A stretch of 63,661 nucleotides of DNA, the filler included, from Chiloscyllium plagiosum (Eukaryota): the NCBI RefSeq assembly GCF_004010195.1. It is 3 parts of one record of this genome, joined end to end, with 100 filler letters (N's around TTAATTAATTAA, not from the genome) between each part and the next. Parts side by side here need not be neighbours in the genome. Positions count along the whole stretch, not along the records: positions 51,233 to 63,661 come from NC_057714.1; 2 more parts are not named here. The stretch is one strand, 5' to 3'. The position numbers and the translations under genes were made by a program. The notes under the pieces were generated by a model, which was not told where the DNA came from, did not search any database, and was given only the letters and a program-made list of their open reading frames with translations. Of this stretch, positions 60,395-63,661 are shown piece after piece (positions within the stretch are counted from its first letter, which is position 1; each line of letters opens with the position of its first letter).

Positions 60395-61168
60395 CATTGG
60401 TTCAGCCCATCGAGTCTTCTCCATTATTCAGTGAGATCATCACTGATTTAACAATCCTCAACTCCGTTTTTCTGCCTTTTCCCCATAATCTTTGATTCCC
60501 TAATTGATTAAAAGTCTGTGTGTCTCAGCCTTGAATGTATTCACGACCCAACCTCTACAACCCTGTGCGGTAAAGATTTCTGTAGATTCACCACCAGAGA
60601 GAAGAAATTCCTCCTCATCTCTGCCTTAACTTGGTGATCTTTTACTCTGAGATTATGCCCTCTGGGTCTAGACTTTCCCACAAGGGGAAACAACCTTTCA
60701 GTATCTACCATGTCATGTCCTCTAAGAATTTTCAATGACGTCACCAGTCATTCTTTCAAATTCCAATGAGTACAGGCCCAACCTACTCAACGTCTACTCC
60801 TAACACAGTCCTTCCATTCCTGCAATCAGTCCCAATGAACCTTCCCTGTACTACGTCAATACTAGTTTATCTTTCCTACAGTAGGGGGCCCAATACTGTT
60901 CACAGTATTCCAACTATGGTCTGACTAATGCCTTGTATAGTTTAGCAAGACCTCCCTGTTTTAATACTGCATTCCCTTTAAAATAAAGGCCAGCATTCTT
61001 TTTTCCTTCCCTATTACCCACTGAATTTGTCAGCCATCTTTTTGTGATTAATACACAAAGGCCCCAAAATCGCTATGCTCTAGCTTTCTGCAGTCTTTCT
61101 CCATTTAAATAATATTCAACTCCTCTCTTCTTCCTGCCAAAGTATATAACTTCACATTTTTCCACATT
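60395..61168 (-). mobile_element. CR1 3' relic
   Basis: KILRGHDMVDTERLFPLVGKSRPRGHNLRVK. Confidence 0.85.
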
Positions 61169-62324
61169 CAGTTAACCCATAACGCATTATCTGAGTCAAT
61201 TTTCATCTGAAAACCACACTAAGACAGAAATTACAGCCGTTATATTAGGCTATGAGCAATATTGTTCATTGATTATATCCCACAATGAACTAGAAATAGT
61301 TAGCTGAGGGAAACTAAAATGGTGAACCTTTGCTGAGAGAAGGTAAAGAAACAAACATGGTTTCATAACAGCTGGTGACTGGCTTCCAAGTATCCTTCAG
61401 TAACTAAGGTTGTGTGAGGATTTTGCTGATTTGACATTCTTTGAGACAAATGTGCTTACTATAAAGTGAATGAAGACTCAATGTGCTTTAGACTGCAGGA
61501 GTAACAAAAAGAGTTCAGTGAATTCCTGCGTGAGCTATCTGGTTGATTTATGCAAGTGTGTCAGATTGTGCTAATGAGAAGCTTCTGGCGGACTTATGGG
61601 TTGTCAGTAATATTGTCATCACAGTGTCTCCCATCAATTGAAACATTGTCTCTCAAAGCTGCTTTAGAGGCTCCAAGGATGTCCTGAAGCTTGGTCATGC
61701 TAGTGGCATCTCACCTGAAAATTCCAGTGTGTTTCCCCAATCAAACAAGCACGAGATGACTGAACACACAAATAAAATTCAGCAGACAGTGGAAAACTCA
61801 TAACGCAAACAACACAAAAACAAAAAACACTTCAGCAGGTCAAGCAGCACCTGTGTAAAAGCTGTCACCATTTTACACTGTTGGCCTTTTCTCTGGATTT
61901 GCAACAATCTCCGCAATCCATTTTTATCGAAGATCAGTGAAGAGCAGAGATCAATACTTTCCCAGCTGCTTTGCACTATTAGCTACTGGGAGTGATACTT
62001 ATTACCAAGGTTCTCAAAGTGCGGTTATACTATAAATAAAGAGTTATGAAGCTGTGACAAGTGTTTAACAGAAGAACTTGGAGAATAATAAATTCTCCCT
62101 TTGTCACAAGATGATTGGCTATTTTCAAAAACAATCAAACGAGAAAAGATCAAAAAATTCCAGGGAAAAATATTATCAATGAACACAGCTCATCTATCAA
62201 GCTAAGACATGGGCACATCCCACCCAAAAAGGGAGCAGTAGATAAACCTGAAAGATTTCACAGCTTATATCTAAGCTACTTCAAAAATCCTTGTTGCATA
62301 CTATATAGCATCCTGTTTAGTGCT

Positions 62325-63015
62325 CTCTTTCCCCTCCTTCCTCTCTGTGACCTCGGCTCTGGTTAGAAGATAACAGTGGAGTAGGACTCTTCAGCCGAAA
62401 CTCGTACCTCTCTTTTCTTTTTGTTTCTGTTTTCTACTCTTGTGTTTTTTTTAATTTTCTTTCTCCACAGCGATGTCCTGAAGTCCCAGCCTTAACGCAG
62501 ATTTGGAGTCTCAGCCTCAGCATTGATCTGGGGCATGGCGATGTCTCAGCTCAGTGTGCCTTCCCCTCAGCCCATCAAGGCAGCTTCTTGGCCTAGCGTA
62601 GCTGCCTCCCGGCCCAGTGTGGTCTTCTCTCGGCAGCCCGGCATGGCCTCAGCGTGGACATCCAGCTTTGATATGATTCCAAAGTGGTCTCTCAACTTCG
62701 AGAGACTCAAGGTGAAACCTGGCATAATCTGGAGTCAAGGCCTGGTGTAGACTGGAGACTAGAGGCCAGTTATCCTCAAAAACTGTTATTCTCAAATTTA
62801 TATTTCTCTATTTTTCTAAATTATTCCTATGATATGTAATGCTAGACTTTTTACTTCTTTATTTTTCTAATATTTTTCCTCTAAGAATTTGTACTTAAGC
62901 ATCTGTACCAAGGTACTGTTGTACCTAAGATGGTGTCATAAGTGGTGACTTGTCAACTTTTCACTGCACTCTGTTGAGTACATGTGACAATAAAATTAAT
63001 TCTAATTCTAATTCT
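62325..63015 (+). mobile_element. Putative non-autonomous retroposon ending in a Rex1-like tail (5' boundary uncertain)
   Basis: 3' end cttttcactgcactctgttgagtacatgtgacaataaaattaattctaattctaattct resembles the Rex1 tails at 43855 and 49341; the body has no RT homology. Confidence 0.55.
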
Positions 63016-63353
63016 CCATCTCTCTCTGATACAGTAGGCACCAGGAAATTGCAGCTCCTACTCATGTGATTACAAACAATTGGGGCAGTTGAGAATAGGC
63101 AACTGTTTCCAAAGGTCCAGCTCCATTCCTTTCTTGCTTTCTCAAATTCTGTTAACTCCCCCAATAAAAGCATTCCACTAACTAGGCCGCAACAAGTACA
63201 AAGGCAAAAGCATTCCTCTCATAACTGAACATACAGCAATGTGTATGTGACAGAGGGCGCTCCATTCTCCCTTATCATCAAAATTAACAACACCACAGAA
63301 CCAGATTTCACAGACCATCATATGCTAGAAACCTAGGAAGCTAATATTATAGT

Positions 63354-63661
63354 CATGATTTGGCGATGCTGGTGTTGGACTGGGGTGTACAAAGTTAAAA
63401 ATCACACCTCGATCCCCCATCACGAAGGACTCAAAGCCCTCCGCTTCTTCCTTTCCCGCCGTACCAATCAGTACCCTTCCACTGACACCCTCCTTCGACC
63501 GACTGAACTGGTCCTCACTTTGAACAACTTCTCTTTCTAATCCTCCCACTTCCTCCAAACCAAAGGAGTAACCATGGGCACCCGCATGGGCCCCAGCTAT
63601 GCCTGCCTCTTCATCGGATATGTGGAACAGTCCATCTTCCGCAGCTACATTGGCACCAGCC
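63354..63661 (+). mobile_element. PLE family A terminus (63354-63407) abutting a PLE RT fragment (63408 to window end)
   Basis: catgatttggcgatgctggtgttggactggggtgtacaaagttaaaaatcacac, then SIPHHEGLKALRFFL...NNFSF*SSHFLQTKGVTMGTRMGPSYACLF, near-identical to 47380-47640. Confidence 0.88.

Overview
Repeat-dense vertebrate genomic DNA with no recognisable host protein-coding gene. It is almost certainly from a cartilaginous fish (shark-like), inferred from tRNA-derived V-domain HE1-type SINEs, CR1 LINEs with a zinc-knuckle/coiled-coil/SGNH-esterase ORF1, and Deu-domain SINE relics. Much of the window is mobile DNA: many CR1 LINE fragments (one near full length at ~19.3-23.7 kb, minus strand), a second LINE family, Rex1/Babar fragments, Penelope-like element (PLE) pieces (RT, GIY-YIG, N-terminus), SINEs, two Tigger/pogo-type MITEs and two LTR relics. 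The remainder is AT-rich unique DNA that looks like intron or gene-desert sequence, with CNE-like islands and one orphan exon-like ORF (39.4-39.6 kb). Two signals stand out. First, at two independent loci, 5'-truncated A-tailed retro-inserts are stacked at the same TATA-box site (ATAAA(C/G)AGG(A/G)G) of an LTR family, which suggests site-specific retrotransposition into an LTR promoter. Second, three families of short TSD-flanked PLE-derived inserts carry minimal hammerhead ribozymes, several as fold-back palindromes, including a perfect 103-bp inverted repeat. Boundaries of old repeats are approximate and family names come from motif recognition, not database searches. There are four N gaps, two of which contain an artificial TTAATTAATTAA linker.
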